Source: an uncultured Acidobacteriota bacterium
GTDB taxonomy: Bacteria > Acidobacteriota > UBA4820 > DSQY01
Assembly: GCA_963772255.1 (NCBI GenBank)
Contig: CAVYWK010000029.1
Location: 404,645-468,644, forward strand
Length of the DNA: 64,000 nt
Direction: 5' to 3'
Shown piece by piece: positions 1 through 11,727 of the stretch; the first letter of the stretch is position 1, and every line of letters starts with the position of its first letter. Both the position numbers and the translations under genes were made by a program. The notes below the pieces were generated by a model, which was not told the origin of the DNA, did no database searches, and saw nothing but the letters and a program-made list of their open reading frames with translations.

Positions 1-1
1 C

Positions 2-409
2 CTGCAGCTCGGCTTCAGCGAGGGCATCGCCCTGGATGTGAACGGCTATGTCTCCGAAGGCTCCGGCGAGAACATCTTCCTCGTGCGCAACGATGTGGTC
101 TACACGCCCTCCCTGGGGCACTCCGTGCTTCCGGGCATCACGCGCGACGGCGTCCTGCGGATCCTCGAGCACGAAATGAAACTGACCGTGCGCCACCAGG
201 CGGTCCCGCGGGAGATGCTCTACCTCGCCGACGAGATCTTCTTCACGGGGACGGCCGCGGAGGTCACTCCCGTGGCCAGCGTGGACAGGATCCCGGTGGG
301 AGCGGGCCATCGCGGACCCATCACGGAGTCCGTCCAGAGCCGGTACCTTTCCCTGGTCAAGGGCGATGTGCCGGACCAGTACGGCTGGCTCACGCCGGTG
401 AATAAATAG
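2..409 (+). CDS. ilvE: Branched-chain amino acid aminotransferase, C-terminal part (5' end lies outside the window)
   Basis: The frame is open to the window edge. The translation ...LPGITRDGVLRILEHEMKLTVRHQAVPREMLYLADEIFFTGTAAEVTPVASVD... is typical of a class IV aminotransferase C-terminus. Confidence 0.8.
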   Translation: MQLGFSEGIALDVNGYVSEGSGENIFLVRNDVVYTPSLGHSVLPGITRDGVLRILEHEMKLTVRHQAVPREMLYLADEIFFTGTAAEVTPVASVDRIPVGAGHRGPITESVQSRYLSLVKGDVPDQYGWLTPVNK

Positions 410-515
410 GGAGAAGCGGGAGCAGGTCAGCAGGGAGCTGAGAAGGACCGAGCAGTTCTATCATCCCGCTCCCTGCTCCCGACTCGCCGAAGCTCCCGCC
501 TAAGGAGGTCCGTCC

Positions 516-1670
516 ATGCATATCAACGATCTGCTGAAGATGGCCATCGATCACGGTGCGAGCGACCTGCACCTGAAGGTCGGATCCCACCCGGTCATCC
601 GCGTGGACGGCACCCTCATGCCCATGATGGACTCCAAGCGCCTCATGCAGGAGGACACCATCGCCATGGCGTTCTCCATCATGGACGCCAAGCAGAAGGA
701 GAAGTTCAAGACCAACCTGGACCTGGACATCGCCTATTCGGTCCCGGGCCTGGGGCGGTTCCGCGTGAACATCTTCCAGCAGCGCGGCACCGTGGGCATC
801 GTGGCCCGCGTCATCCCCATCGGCATCAAGACGACCCGCGACCTCATGCTTCCCGGCATCCTGGACAAGATCGCCCAGGAGCAGCGCGGGCTCATCCTCT
901 GCACGGGCACCACGGGTTCGGGCAAGTCCACCACGCTCGCCGCCATGATCGACCAGATCAACTCCACGCGGACCGAGCACATCATCACCGTCGAAGACCC
1001 CATCGAGTTTCTCCACCGGGACAAGAAGTCCATCGTGAACCAGCGCGAGGTGGGCATCGACACGCGGTCCTTCGCCTCGGCCCTGCGCTCGGCCCTGCGC
1101 GAGGACCCCGACGTGATCCTCGTGGGCGAGATGCGAGACTACGAGACCATCGAGACGGCCCTCATGGCCGCCGAGACGGGCCACCTGGTCTTCTCCACCC
1201 TCCACACCCTGGACGCGACGGAGACCATCACGCGAATCATCTCCGTGTTCCCGCCGCACCAGCAGAAGCAGGTGCGCCTCCAGCTCGCGGCGGTCCTGAA
1301 GGCGGTCATCTCCCTCCGCCTGCTGCCCCGCTCGGACGGCAAAGGCCGCGTGCCCGCCACGGAGGTCATGATGACCACGGCCACCATCCGGGACTGCATC
1401 GAGAACAAGGAAAAGACCAAGATGATCCGGGATTTCATCGAGCAGGGCTACAGCCAGTACGGCATGCAGACCTTCGACCAGTCGCTCTTCTTCCTCTACA
1501 AGCAGGGCCTCATCACCCTCGACGAAGCCCTCCGCCGCACCACCAATCCCGACGATTTCAAGCTCAAGATCGCCGGCGTCCACTCCACGGCGGAGATGGC
1601 CGCGGAGCAGATGGAGGCCGTCAAGAACCCCGGCCAGGCGTCCTCCATGTCGCCGTTCACCAAGTACTAG
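516..1670 (+). CDS. pilT: Type IV pilus retraction ATPase, PilT/PilU family
   Basis: Carries Walker A TGTTGSGKSTT and the PilT signature LREDPDVILVGEMRDYETIETALMAAETGHLVFSTLHT. A GGAGG lies upstream of the ATG. Confidence 0.9.
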   Translation: MHINDLLKMAIDHGASDLHLKVGSHPVIRVDGTLMPMMDSKRLMQEDTIAMAFSIMDAKQKEKFKTNLDLDIAYSVPGLGRFRVNIFQQRGTVGIVARVIPIGIKTTRDLMLPGILDKIAQEQRGLILCTGTTGSGKSTTLAAMIDQINSTRTEHIITVEDPIEFLHRDKKSIVNQREVGIDTRSFASALRSALREDPDVILVGEMRDYETIETALMAAETGHLVFSTLHTLDATETITRIISVFPPHQQKQVRLQLAAVLKAVISLRLLPRSDGKGRVPATEVMMTTATIRDCIENKEKTKMIRDFIEQGYSQYGMQTFDQSLFFLYKQGLITLDEALRRTTNPDDFKLKIAGVHSTAEMAAEQMEAVKNPGQASSMSPFTKY

Positions 1671-1687
1671 GAAGAGTGAACAGTTGC

Positions 1688-1727
1688 GAAGTAAAAAGTG
1701 AAAAGTGACGAAAGTGAAAGGTCAAAG
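1688..1727. repeat. Imperfect micro-tandem array built on AGTGAAA (gaagtaaaaagtgaaaagtgacgaaagtgaaaggtcaaag)
   Basis: Read directly in the pilT-recX spacer. AGTGA recurs at 1697, 1704 and 1713. Confidence 0.6.
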
Positions 1728-2177
1728 CAGGGGACGACGACCCGCGTCCGTGCGCGGAGCGCCTCCTCGCGGTCCGGGACCACGGCCGGGAGGAGTTGCG
1801 CCGCAAGCTTCTCAAGCGGGGCTACGCGCCCGACGCCGTGGAGCGCGTACTCGACGACCTGGCCGGGCGGGGTGTCCTGGACGACGCCCGGTTCATCCGC
1901 GAGTTCACCCGGCAGGCGCTGGAGAAGGGCCACGGGCCGGCCTACATCCGGGCCAAGCTGACCTCGCGCGGAACCCGGCTCGCCGGCCCGGTCTGCACGC
2001 CCGGCGAGGAGTCGGCGTCCCTGCAAGGCATTTCTGGAGCGCCGCCGACTGCGCCCCAGCGCCTTGACCGGTGCTCCGGAACGCGCCAAAATACAACGTT
2101 TTCTTCTCGGCCGCGGGTATTCTGGCGCCGTCATCCGCGCCGTACTGGGAGCGGGAGGGGATTTCGAAGATCCGTAG
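1718..2177 (+). pseudogene. recX: RecX-like regulator, disrupted: no in-frame start for the conserved N-terminus and one frameshift near 2020
   Basis: Frame 2 reads ...[69 protein letters not shown]. The RecX-like C-terminus AFLERRRL...[26 protein letters not shown] is in another frame and stops at 2175-2177. There is no ATG, GTG or TTG between the upstream stop (1715-1717) and the TTG at 1796. Confidence 0.6.
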
Positions 2178-2191
2178 CTTCGGCGGAAATC

Positions 2192-2233
2192 GGGAGCAGG
2201 GAGCAGGCAGCAGGAAGCAGGCCAGAAGCAGCG
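2192..2233. repeat. Six tandem heptamers GGNAGCA (gggagca gggagca ggcagca ggaagca ggccaga agcagcg)
   Basis: Read directly, just upstream of alaS. The related GGGAGCAGG words occur at 416-438 and, inverted, at 468-481. Confidence 0.7.
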
Positions 2234-2302
2234 GATGAGTTCTTCCTCCGCTCCCCGCTCACGGCTCCTCACTCCCGAAAGGTTTTTCTTGAGAGGACAA
2301 CC

Positions 2303-4971
<2,669 letters not shown>

Positions 4972-4988
4972 CGAAATGTCGAGGTAGC

Positions 4989-5008
4989 TAGGGGACTAGG
5001 GGACTGGG
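4989..5008. repeat. Tandem octamer TAGGGGAC x2 plus a partial third unit
   Basis: Reads taggggac taggggac tggg, just after the alaS stop. The same unit recurs in reverse complement at 51490-51521. Confidence 0.7.
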
Positions 5009-5250
5009 AAGGCAAGTGTGATTTGGCCACCTCGCCCCGATCGGCTGACATGTGACCAGGGCAGCCTCCGAACCGGGCGCGCTCCGGGCAGGAAAGCCCC
5101 AAGGGTGGGGTGGGGTCCCCAACGGGCTTTGCCCGTGGGGCGGGGAGGGAATGGGCCCTCCCCGTCTTGGAGATCAAACGGCGCCCACCCGGAACCACCC
5201 CCATTTCGAAGGCAAGGGAATTCAATCGCGAAATTTGGACTGGAGAATTC

Positions 5251-5952
5251 ATGCGAACCCTCGGACTGATCGGCGGCACCGGCTGGGTCTCCACCCTCGA
5301 GTACTACCGCGCCTTGAACGAGACCGTGAACCGACGCCTGGGTGGCCACGAGTCCTGCCGGTGCGTTCTCTATTCCTTCAATTTCGGCGATATCATGCGC
5401 GCCAAGGAAGCGGCCCCCGATCAGGCTGAAGTCCGCAAGCTGGTCGTCCAGGCGGCGGGCAGCATGGCCTCCACCGGCGTCGAGGGCATCATGCTCTGCG
5501 CCAACACCCTCCACTGGTTCGCCGAGGATGTGGAAAGGGCGATCCCCGTGCCGCTGATCCACATCGCCCGGGCCGCCGCCGCCGAGGTCAACCGCGCGGG
5601 CCTCACCCGTGTCGGCCTGCTCGGCACCCGGCCCACCATGGAGCAGGATTTTTACCGCAAGTGGCTGGAGGAGGCCGGCATCGAAGTGCTGGTGCCCGAC
5701 GAGGTCGGGCGATCCTTCGTGGATCGGGCCATTTTCGAAGAGCTGCTGAAGGAGATCTTCAGGGAAGAAACGAAGGCCAGATTCCTGGACATCGTCGAGG
5801 ACTTGCGCCTCCGCGGCGCCCAGGGTGTGGTCTTGGGCTGCACGGAGATCCCGCTGTTGCTCAAGCCCTCCGACTCCCCCCTACCCCTCTTCGATACCCT
5901 GCGCATCCATGTCGAGGCGGCCGTGGATTGGGCTCTGGCGACGGAGCCCTAG
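5251..5952 (+). CDS. Aspartate/glutamate racemase family protein
   Basis: Starts MRTLGLIGGTGWVSTLEYYRALN and has the two catalytic-Cys contexts IMLCANTLH and VVLGCTEIPLL. I chose the ATG at 5251 rather than the ORF-track start at 5110. Confidence 0.8.
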   Translation: MRTLGLIGGTGWVSTLEYYRALNETVNRRLGGHESCRCVLYSFNFGDIMRAKEAAPDQAEVRKLVVQAAGSMASTGVEGIMLCANTLHWFAEDVERAIPVPLIHIARAAAAEVNRAGLTRVGLLGTRPTMEQDFYRKWLEEAGIEVLVPDEVGRSFVDRAIFEELLKEIFREETKARFLDIVEDLRLRGAQGVVLGCTEIPLLLKPSDSPLPLFDTLRIHVEAAVDWALATEP

Positions 5953-6072
5953 CAAGAGCTGATCCCGTTAGCTCTGGGTCAGTCTCGCAATCTCTCATCC
6001 GCGATTTACCATCACTTCGTGGGAGCGGCCTCCGGGCCGCGAACCCCGCAAAGGTCTTCATTCATCGCCCTT

Positions 6073-6100
6073 CACATTCCACATTCCCCATTCCCCATTC
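6073..6100. repeat. Four tandem heptamers C(A/C)CATTC (cacattc cacattc cccattc cccattc)
   Basis: Read directly, about 125 nt upstream of the kinase start at 6227. A related word, CCCCATTCG, also lies upstream of the dsrL-like gene (complement of 47053-47064). Confidence 0.6.
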
Positions 6101-6226
6101 GACATGTCCGTCTCGCATTTCGCGTCTCGCCCCCGCCCCCGGTTCCTTCGGGTGGGACAATGGCGTAATCTGAGGGGGAAGCTCCACCATTCAGGAGGGC
6201 AAGGCTTGAATCCGACCTCAAAGGAC

Positions 6227-7852
6227 ATGCCGGAATACACGCTGGGCGAGGCGGAGACCCAGAAGTTGCATGAGACCGAGCGGGCCTTTCTCTCCCGACC
6301 CATGCTGAGCATCCGCCTCCGCATCGTGGCCGGCTTCCTCCTCTGCTTCTTCCTCACGGGCATCACGGCACTGGTTACGCTCGTCATCCTCTACCAGGCC
6401 CGGGGCAAGCTCCAGTTTCTGAGGACCTCCCAGGACATCACCTTCGAGGTGCTCCAGGCCCGGCGGTTCGAGAAGGACTACTTCCTGTACGGGACCAACC
6501 TGAACACCGCCAAGGAGCATGCCGACAAGGCATTGGCGCTGCTGCAGTCGAGCACCGTTAACATTCTGGATGTGGCGGGGGAGAAGAGTCTGGCGGCCAT
6601 GATCAGGGACCTGGGTCAGTATGATGCCCTGCTCGGCCAGTGCGTGGCCCTGGAGAACGCGGGCCTGGATCCAGGCCTGGAGCCTGGGCGGAAGAGGGCC
6701 CTGGAGGAGGAGCTTCGCGGTCCCGGCTCCAGGGTCACGGAGCTGGCCTGGGCGTTGAACGGGAGGGAGTCGGCGGCGGTGGACCGCATGCTCACGCTGT
6801 CCCAGGCCGTCCCCTTCGCCTTCCTGGCCCTCCTGCTGCTCCTCATCTTCTGGGTGGCCCACCTGCTGGCCAAGACCATCACCAAGTCGCTGGAACGGTT
6901 CCAGGGCTACACCCGCAGGATCGCGGGAGGGAACTTCGGCCCCATCCAGCCCGCCAAGCCTTACCGCGACGAGTTCTCGGACATGGCCATGGCGGTCAAC
7001 CGGATGCTGTTTGAGCTGAGGGCTCGGGAGGCGCAGGTCCTTCAGGCGGGCAAACTCGCAGCCGTGGGGACCTTCACCCTCGGCGTGGCCCACGAGCTCA
7101 GCAACCCCCTCAACAATATTTCCCTTACCGCCGAAGCCCTCATGGACGAGTGCGATGAGCGGCGGGACTCGCGGGGACACAAACTCCTGAGTGAAATCTA
7201 CCAGGAGACGGAGCGCGCCAACCGGATCATCTTCGGACTCCTTGATTTCATCCGCCAGGAATCGCCTGGGACGGTTCCCGTAGATCTCGACGAGGCGGTG
7301 GAGTCGGCCCGGAGCCTGGTGGAAAACGAGATGGAGATCGGGCACGTCCTCTTCGTCCACGAGATCGTCCCCGGGTTGCCCAGCGTCCAGGCCACGCCGC
7401 ACGAGGTGCGCCAGGTGCTCTTGAACCTCTTCCTCAACGCCATAGAGGCCATGCGGGACGGCGGCACCCTCAGCGTCCGGTCGAAACGCTCGGAGGAGGG
7501 TCTTGTCTGCCTGGAAGTGTCCGACGAAGGGGTGGGGATCCCGGTGGAGAACCTGACTCGGATCTTCGACCCCTTTTTCACCACCAAACCCCGGGGGAAG
7601 GGTACGGGGCTGGGGCTCTCCATTAGTTACGGAATCATTAAGCGATTCGGAGGGAGTGTTAAGGTGGAAAGCGTCCAGGGCCGCGGCACCACCGTCAGGA
7701 TATGCCTGCGCGAGGCGGAGCAGGCGGGTGACGGCAGTCATCCTGAGGGCTCCTCGATGTTGCTCACCGGAAGAGCCTGCCTTGAAGAGCTCTCCCAGAG
7801 GGCTACCCATGAAGGGATCTCAAGTGTTGACCGGAGCAATTCCACGTCTTGA
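6227..7852 (+). CDS. Sensor histidine kinase (TM / helical sensor / TM / HAMP-like / HisKA / HATPase), paralog 1 of 3
   Basis: Sensor motif QARRFEKDYFLYGTNL, H-box GVAHELSNPLNNI, and G-boxes DEGVGIP and GTGLGLSISYG. The start was taken at MPEYTLGEAE. Confidence 0.85.
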   Translation: MPEYTLGEAETQKLHETERAFLSRPMLSIRLRIVAGFLLCFFLTGITALVTLVILYQARGKLQFLRTSQDITFEVLQARRFEKDYFLYGTNLNTAKEHADKALALLQSSTVNILDVAGEKSLAAMIRDLGQYDALLGQCVALENAGLDPGLEPGRKRALEEELRGPGSRVTELAWALNGRESAAVDRMLTLSQAVPFAFLALLLLLIFWVAHLLAKTITKSLERFQGYTRRIAGGNFGPIQPAKPYRDEFSDMAMAVNRMLFELRAREAQVLQAGKLAAVGTFTLGVAHELSNPLNNISLTAEALMDECDERRDSRGHKLLSEIYQETERANRIIFGLLDFIRQESPGTVPVDLDEAVESARSLVENEMEIGHVLFVHEIVPGLPSVQATPHEVRQVLLNLFLNAIEAMRDGGTLSVRSKRSEEGLVCLEVSDEGVGIPVENLTRIFDPFFTTKPRGKGTGLGLSISYGIIKRFGGSVKVESVQGRGTTVRICLREAEQAGDGSHPEGSSMLLTGRACLEELSQRATHEGISSVDRSNSTS

Positions 7853-7928
7853 GATCCATCGGTGGTTCCGCTCCGAGGATGTCTTCAGGATGACCGGTCA
7901 AGCCAATTCCGAGACACCCCACAAGGTT

Positions 7929-8702
7929 CTACTTGCCGCGGCCGAGCCTTCCGAAGAGGGCGCTGGCGGCGAGGCCGGTGAGCAGGGCCACGAACACGGC
8001 CAGGAGTCCGTATATAAGCCCGTGGGTGGCGGCCAGACCGCTTATCCAGGCCTCCGTGCCCACCTTCTGCACGAGGATCTCCCGGGAGGCGGAGCCGGTG
8101 ACCGCGCCCTTGCTGACCGCGAAGGCGTCCATGCGGTAGGCTCCCGAAGGCCCCCGTGCCGGCCACCGGAACTCGGCCTGGTAGGTCCCGTCCGCTCCAC
8201 GAGTCACGCCCCCGCCTTCGGTGTCGTAGAATCCGTCGTCCCGTTTGAGCCGGAGGAGTTCGGAGGCGAATAGCCCCGCGTCCACTCCCGGCTGGACCCG
8301 CAGCGAGGCCTTGAGACCTTCGACGCCCAGGGTTTCGCGCACCTGTTCGTCGGGCGGTAGAATCTCCTCGATGGGCCGGGTGGACCGCAGTTTGTAAATG
8401 CGCGGGGCGGATTCGAACCGCACCTTCCCGACGGTGAGCCAGAGGGGTCCCCGTTTGCCTTTGAGGTCGAGAGTCTCCTCTTCCGCTGGGGAGCTCAGGC
8501 GCAGGATCACCTCGGAATCCCTGGGGGCAACTCCCGAAACCTTCAGGAGGTCTCCGTGGAAGCCCGCCGTGATACGGATCTCGGCCTTGCTCACGGCGAG
8601 GGTGATGATGGACCCTGAAGGGCCAGGCCCAGACGGCGCCGAGCCGGCCGCTTGAAACGCCAGAACGCAAAGGGCTCCGGCCACCCGCACGGCGCGCATC
8701 AC
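7929..8702 (-). CDS. Secreted protein with a C-terminal membrane anchor, paired with the TSUP permease (resembles the Alph_Pro_TM/TIGR02186 family as far as I recall)
   Basis: Has the signal peptide MMRAVRVAGALCVLAFQAAGS and the C-terminal TM segment GLIYGLLAVFVALLTGLAASALF. It is a paralog of 33528-34322 (GPLWLTVGKV versus GPIWVNAGKV). It overlaps the upstream permease stop by 4 nt. Confidence 0.7.
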   Translation of the reverse strand: MMRAVRVAGALCVLAFQAAGSAPSGPGPSGSIITLAVSKAEIRITAGFHGDLLKVSGVAPRDSEVILRLSSPAEEETLDLKGKRGPLWLTVGKVRFESAPRIYKLRSTRPIEEILPPDEQVRETLGVEGLKASLRVQPGVDAGLFASELLRLKRDDGFYDTEGGGVTRGADGTYQAEFRWPARGPSGAYRMDAFAVSKGAVTGSASREILVQKVGTEAWISGLAATHGLIYGLLAVFVALLTGLAASALFGRLGRGK

Positions 8703-9607
8703 CGTCCCCCCGGAATGGTGAGAAAGTGCCTCGGCAAGACCAGGAGGTCGTCAAACATCTTCAGGGACAGCGCGAGGAGCAGGAGGGCCAGCACGACTTT
8801 CAGCTGGTTGCCCTTGATGGCTCTGGCCGCGCGCGCGCCCGCCTGGGCGCCCAAGGTGGCGCCGAGCAGGAGGCCCACCGCGAGGAAGGCGTCCACGGTG
8901 TGGTTGACGCTCGCCTGCATGACCGTCACGGCGGCGGAGGTGAAGAGCATCTGAAAGAGGCTCGTTCCGATGACCACGCGGATAGGCATGGCGAGAAAGT
9001 AGGACATGGCGGGGATCAGAAAGAATCCGCCTCCCACGCCAAGAAAAGCCGCGAGCATGCCCACGAGGGCGCCCAGGATGAAGGGGGCGATGGCGCTGGT
9101 TCGCACTCCCGAGGTGGGAAAGTTGGTGGAAAGAGGGAAGCGTTGGAGAAGGCGGTACCCGGGCGACTCGGACTGGGGCTCGTCTTCCCCCTTGACCTGG
9201 CTCGCCAGCCCTTCCACGAAGAGGACCACGCCCATGACGGCAAGGAGGGCCACGTAGCCCAGGACGATGACCACATCGGCGTTGCCCCCGCCTCGGAGGG
9301 CCTTCACGAGAAGCGTTCCCACTCCGCCTCCGAGCACGCCTCCCGCGAGCATGAGGGTGCCCATCTTCACATCCACATTTCGGGCCCTGAGGTGGGCCAT
9401 GGTCCCGGAGGCGCTGGCCCCGACGATGGCGTTGGTCCCCGAAGCCGCCGCCACGAGCGGATCGATGCCCAGCATGATGAGGAGGGGAGTCAGCAGGAAT
9501 CCACCGCCCACGCCCAGGAGCCCAGACATGAAACCCACGAGGGCGCCGAGGCCCAGGAGGATCGCGGCGTTGATGTTCGAGCCTGCCACGGGCAGAAAGA
9601 TGTCCAT
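8699..9607 (-). CDS. TauE/SafE (TSUP) family anion permease, copy 1
   Basis: Starts MDIFLPVAGSNINAAILLGLGALVGFMSGLLGVGGGFLLTPLL and has the second-half repeat AAFLGVGGGFFLIPAM. It is a close paralog of 34325-35239. Confidence 0.85.
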   Translation of the reverse strand: MDIFLPVAGSNINAAILLGLGALVGFMSGLLGVGGGFLLTPLLIMLGIDPLVAAASGTNAIVGASASGTMAHLRARNVDVKMGTLMLAGGVLGGGVGTLLVKALRGGGNADVVIVLGYVALLAVMGVVLFVEGLASQVKGEDEPQSESPGYRLLQRFPLSTNFPTSGVRTSAIAPFILGALVGMLAAFLGVGGGFFLIPAMSYFLAMPIRVVIGTSLFQMLFTSAAVTVMQASVNHTVDAFLAVGLLLGATLGAQAGARAARAIKGNQLKVVLALLLLALSLKMFDDLLVLPRHFLTIPGGR

Positions 9608-9724
9608 GCGCCTCCGTACGGGTACCTCGGGACGAGCCGGCGAGCTGCGAGGGAACCTGAGCCCCACGGCAACTTTCGTCAGTCCGCTCGCCGCCGGGAT
9701 CATCCCTTTTCAAATTGTAACCCA

Positions 9725-10220
9725 AAAGGGAAGTCTGGCCTCCCCACAGAACGACAGGGGAATCTTGATATGAGAAGACGATGACGACATAGGATCTGAG
9801 TGGTCCGCTTGAGCTTCCGGCTCACGCGTGCCGATCTGTGACGACAGAGCGATAAGGAGCCAGGGCGAGGAGAAAGTCCACGGTGTGGTTCATCCAGGAC
9901 TGCATGACCGTGACGTTCAGGCAGGTGAAGAGGATTTGGAAGAGGCTGGTGCCGACGACCACGTGCATGGGCATGCGCAGCAGGTAGACCATGACGGGAC
10001 CATGATGAATCCGCCGCCCACCCCATGATCGCCGCCAGCACGCCGACGAGAATGCCAGGAAAAGGGGAACCAGGGCGGAAGGGTGATCGGGAGCGCTCGA
10101 ATTCCATCTTGAAGGGAAGCTCCGACGATGCGGCGTAGATGGACGACCTCGGGCGCTGCCGCGCCGTCGCTCTGTTCTTCCCGCAGGCCTGCACGCTGTC
10201 GCCAGGGCCGGCGCACGCGC
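9725..10220 (-). pseudogene. 5'-truncated, multiply frameshifted fragment of a TauE/SafE permease
   Basis: The pieces ELPFKMEF...FPGILVGVLAAIMG, GGGFIMVP, VMVYLLRMPMHVVVGTSLFQILFTCLNVTVMQSWMNHTVDFLLALA and IGTRVSRKLKRTTQIL sit in different frames. They align colinearly with the C-terminal half of the permease at 34325-35239. There is no room for the N-terminal half. Confidence 0.7.
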
Positions 10221-10367
10221 CGGCCCTGTTCGTTGCGGTACCCCGCTGGCTTCGGGGGACTTCGAATGCTCTGTCCAATGCGGCGGATTCCGCACGCCGG
10301 GACAGAACGCCAGATGCGGGATCCCGAATATCTTGGCCCGGCTGGGCAAATCGTTCCTATGGAATTT

Positions 10368-10712
10368 CTAGGTCCCCTTCTTGTCACGCTCCTTTTGCTG
10401 GGTCAGGTTCATGACGCGCAGTGCCATGTTCCTTCCGGCTTCGACCCGGTAGACGAGGCGGACCTCGTCGCCCACCTCCGGCTGAGCCCCGATTTCGGCC
10501 TTGCCGATGTCGAAGGTCATGGGTGCTTGGTCGGTCTTTCTTTCGTCCTGCAGGGTGATCGTCTTGGCGTCGCGGTCCACGCTCACCACCGGACCCTGAA
10601 CCACGGGGGAGGGCGGTGCGCAGGCCAGTCCCAGCCCCAGGCCCAGAACCACGAGCAGGAGCCACATGGAAACCGTTGCGGTCCTCGCGACAACCCGATT
10701 AGCGTCCCTCAT
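10368..10712 (-). CDS. Small exported protein, hypothetical
   Basis: Has the hydrophobic leader MWLLLVVLGLGLGLACAPP followed by a beta-rich domain. It overlaps the upstream permease end by 14 nt. The start is uncertain, and the lipobox match is imperfect. Confidence 0.5.
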   Translation of the reverse strand: MRDANRVVARTATVSMWLLLVVLGLGLGLACAPPSPVVQGPVVSVDRDAKTITLQDERKTDQAPMTFDIGKAEIGAQPEVGDEVRLVYRVEAGRNMALRVMNLTQQKERDKKGT

Positions 10713-11718
10713 GGTTCGACCTCTTGGCCCTGAGCTCCTTGGCCGCTCCCCTGAACATTCCCACGATGACCACGCCCGTCATGATGGTGACGGCCGTCAT
10801 GATCACCCAGGAGGCCGCGCCTCCCAGACCCATCTGCTTCAAGATCACCGAAACCATGGCGCAGACCACGGTGGCGCCGAACATGAGCCGGATGCCGTAG
10901 CCCCGGATGTACTTGGTCGCGATGGTGCCGACCATGGCGCCGGGCGCCGCTCCCGCGAGCATGATGAGCACGGCGAGCAGTTCGATGCGTCCCTTGATCC
11001 CGTACGTGAACGCGCCGTAAAACCCGGCAAGCATGATGGTGAAGAGGTCGGTCCCCACGGCCACGTAGGTGGGGCACCCGATGAGGTACACCAGGGCGGG
11101 CATCATGAGCAGGCCGCCTCCGATACCCAGGAACCCCGCCAGGAGACCCACCATGAATCCCACGGCGGCGGGCAGCCAGAGGGAGCACTCCACGCCCGCC
11201 ATGGGCAGCTTCACCATGGGGGGGATTTTGATCTTATGGAGGGTTTCGTGCCACGTGATGGCGGATTTGGACTCGTCCTCGCCGGCCTTGTCCATCTGCC
11301 TCTTCTTGGCGAAATCGTAGAAGACCAGCAGGCCGATGAGGGCCAGGAAGACCACATAGACCCAGCGGATCACCGGACCCGCCAGGCCGAATCTCTCCAG
11401 ATACATGACGGCGCGAGCGCCTATCTCGATGCCGACCACGTCGAAGGACAGCATGATCAGGCCAAGCTTCACGTCCACGTTCCCGAACTTGGCGTGCCGG
11501 CGGGTCGAGATGATGGACTTGCCCGCCATGTGGCACAGGTCCGTACCCACGGCGAAGGGCATGGGGAAGCCGAAGATGTTCAGCGCCGGCGTGACCATCC
11601 AGGCGCCTCCCATGCCGAAGAACCCTCCGAGCACGCCCACGGCGACGCCGAGCAGGACGAGAAGGAGGGGGTTGATGGCCACGCCCGAAATCGGCAGCGT
11701 AATCGTCAGAAAGTCCAT
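10699..11718 (-). CDS. TauE/SafE (TSUP) family permease, long type (339 aa), copy 2
   Basis: Contains GVLGGFFGMGGAWMVTPALNIFGFP and AGFLGIGGGLLMMPALVYLIG with a central insert. It is the closest match to 61165-62241. Confidence 0.85.
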   Translation of the reverse strand: MDFLTITLPISGVAINPLLLVLLGVAVGVLGGFFGMGGAWMVTPALNIFGFPMPFAVGTDLCHMAGKSIISTRRHAKFGNVDVKLGLIMLSFDVVGIEIGARAVMYLERFGLAGPVIRWVYVVFLALIGLLVFYDFAKKRQMDKAGEDESKSAITWHETLHKIKIPPMVKLPMAGVECSLWLPAAVGFMVGLLAGFLGIGGGLLMMPALVYLIGCPTYVAVGTDLFTIMLAGFYGAFTYGIKGRIELLAVLIMLAGAAPGAMVGTIATKYIRGYGIRLMFGATVVCAMVSVILKQMGLGGAASWVIMTAVTIMTGVVIVGMFRGAAKELRAKRSNHEGR

Positions 11719-11727
11719 GGCCGCCCC

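Noticed and set aside
390-1583. A 397-aa ORF antisense to pilT. Similar long antisense or overlapping ORFs include 1667-3511 (-), 15029-16507 (-), 16504-18288 (-), 30759-33368 (+), 51671-53827 (+) and 56304-58709 (+).
   Set aside because: These are shadow ORFs typical of GC-rich DNA. Their translations are low-complexity and rich in R, G, A, H and P, while the opposite strand or another frame encodes clearly conserved proteins (PilT, AlaRS, PpsA-like, QmoB, AprA).
5110-5250. An N-terminal extension of the racemase ORF; the ORF track starts it at 5110.
   Set aside because: The extension (MGSPTGFARGAGREWALPVLEIKRRPPGTT...) is not racemase-like. The conserved N-terminus MRTLGLIGGTGW starts at the ATG at 5251.
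8408-8420. GGATTCGAACCGC, a sequence that resembles a tRNA T-arm.
   Set aside because: It lies inside a well-supported CDS (7929-8702). I could not build an acceptor stem or anticodon arm around it. No tRNA or rRNA gene was recognised in the window.
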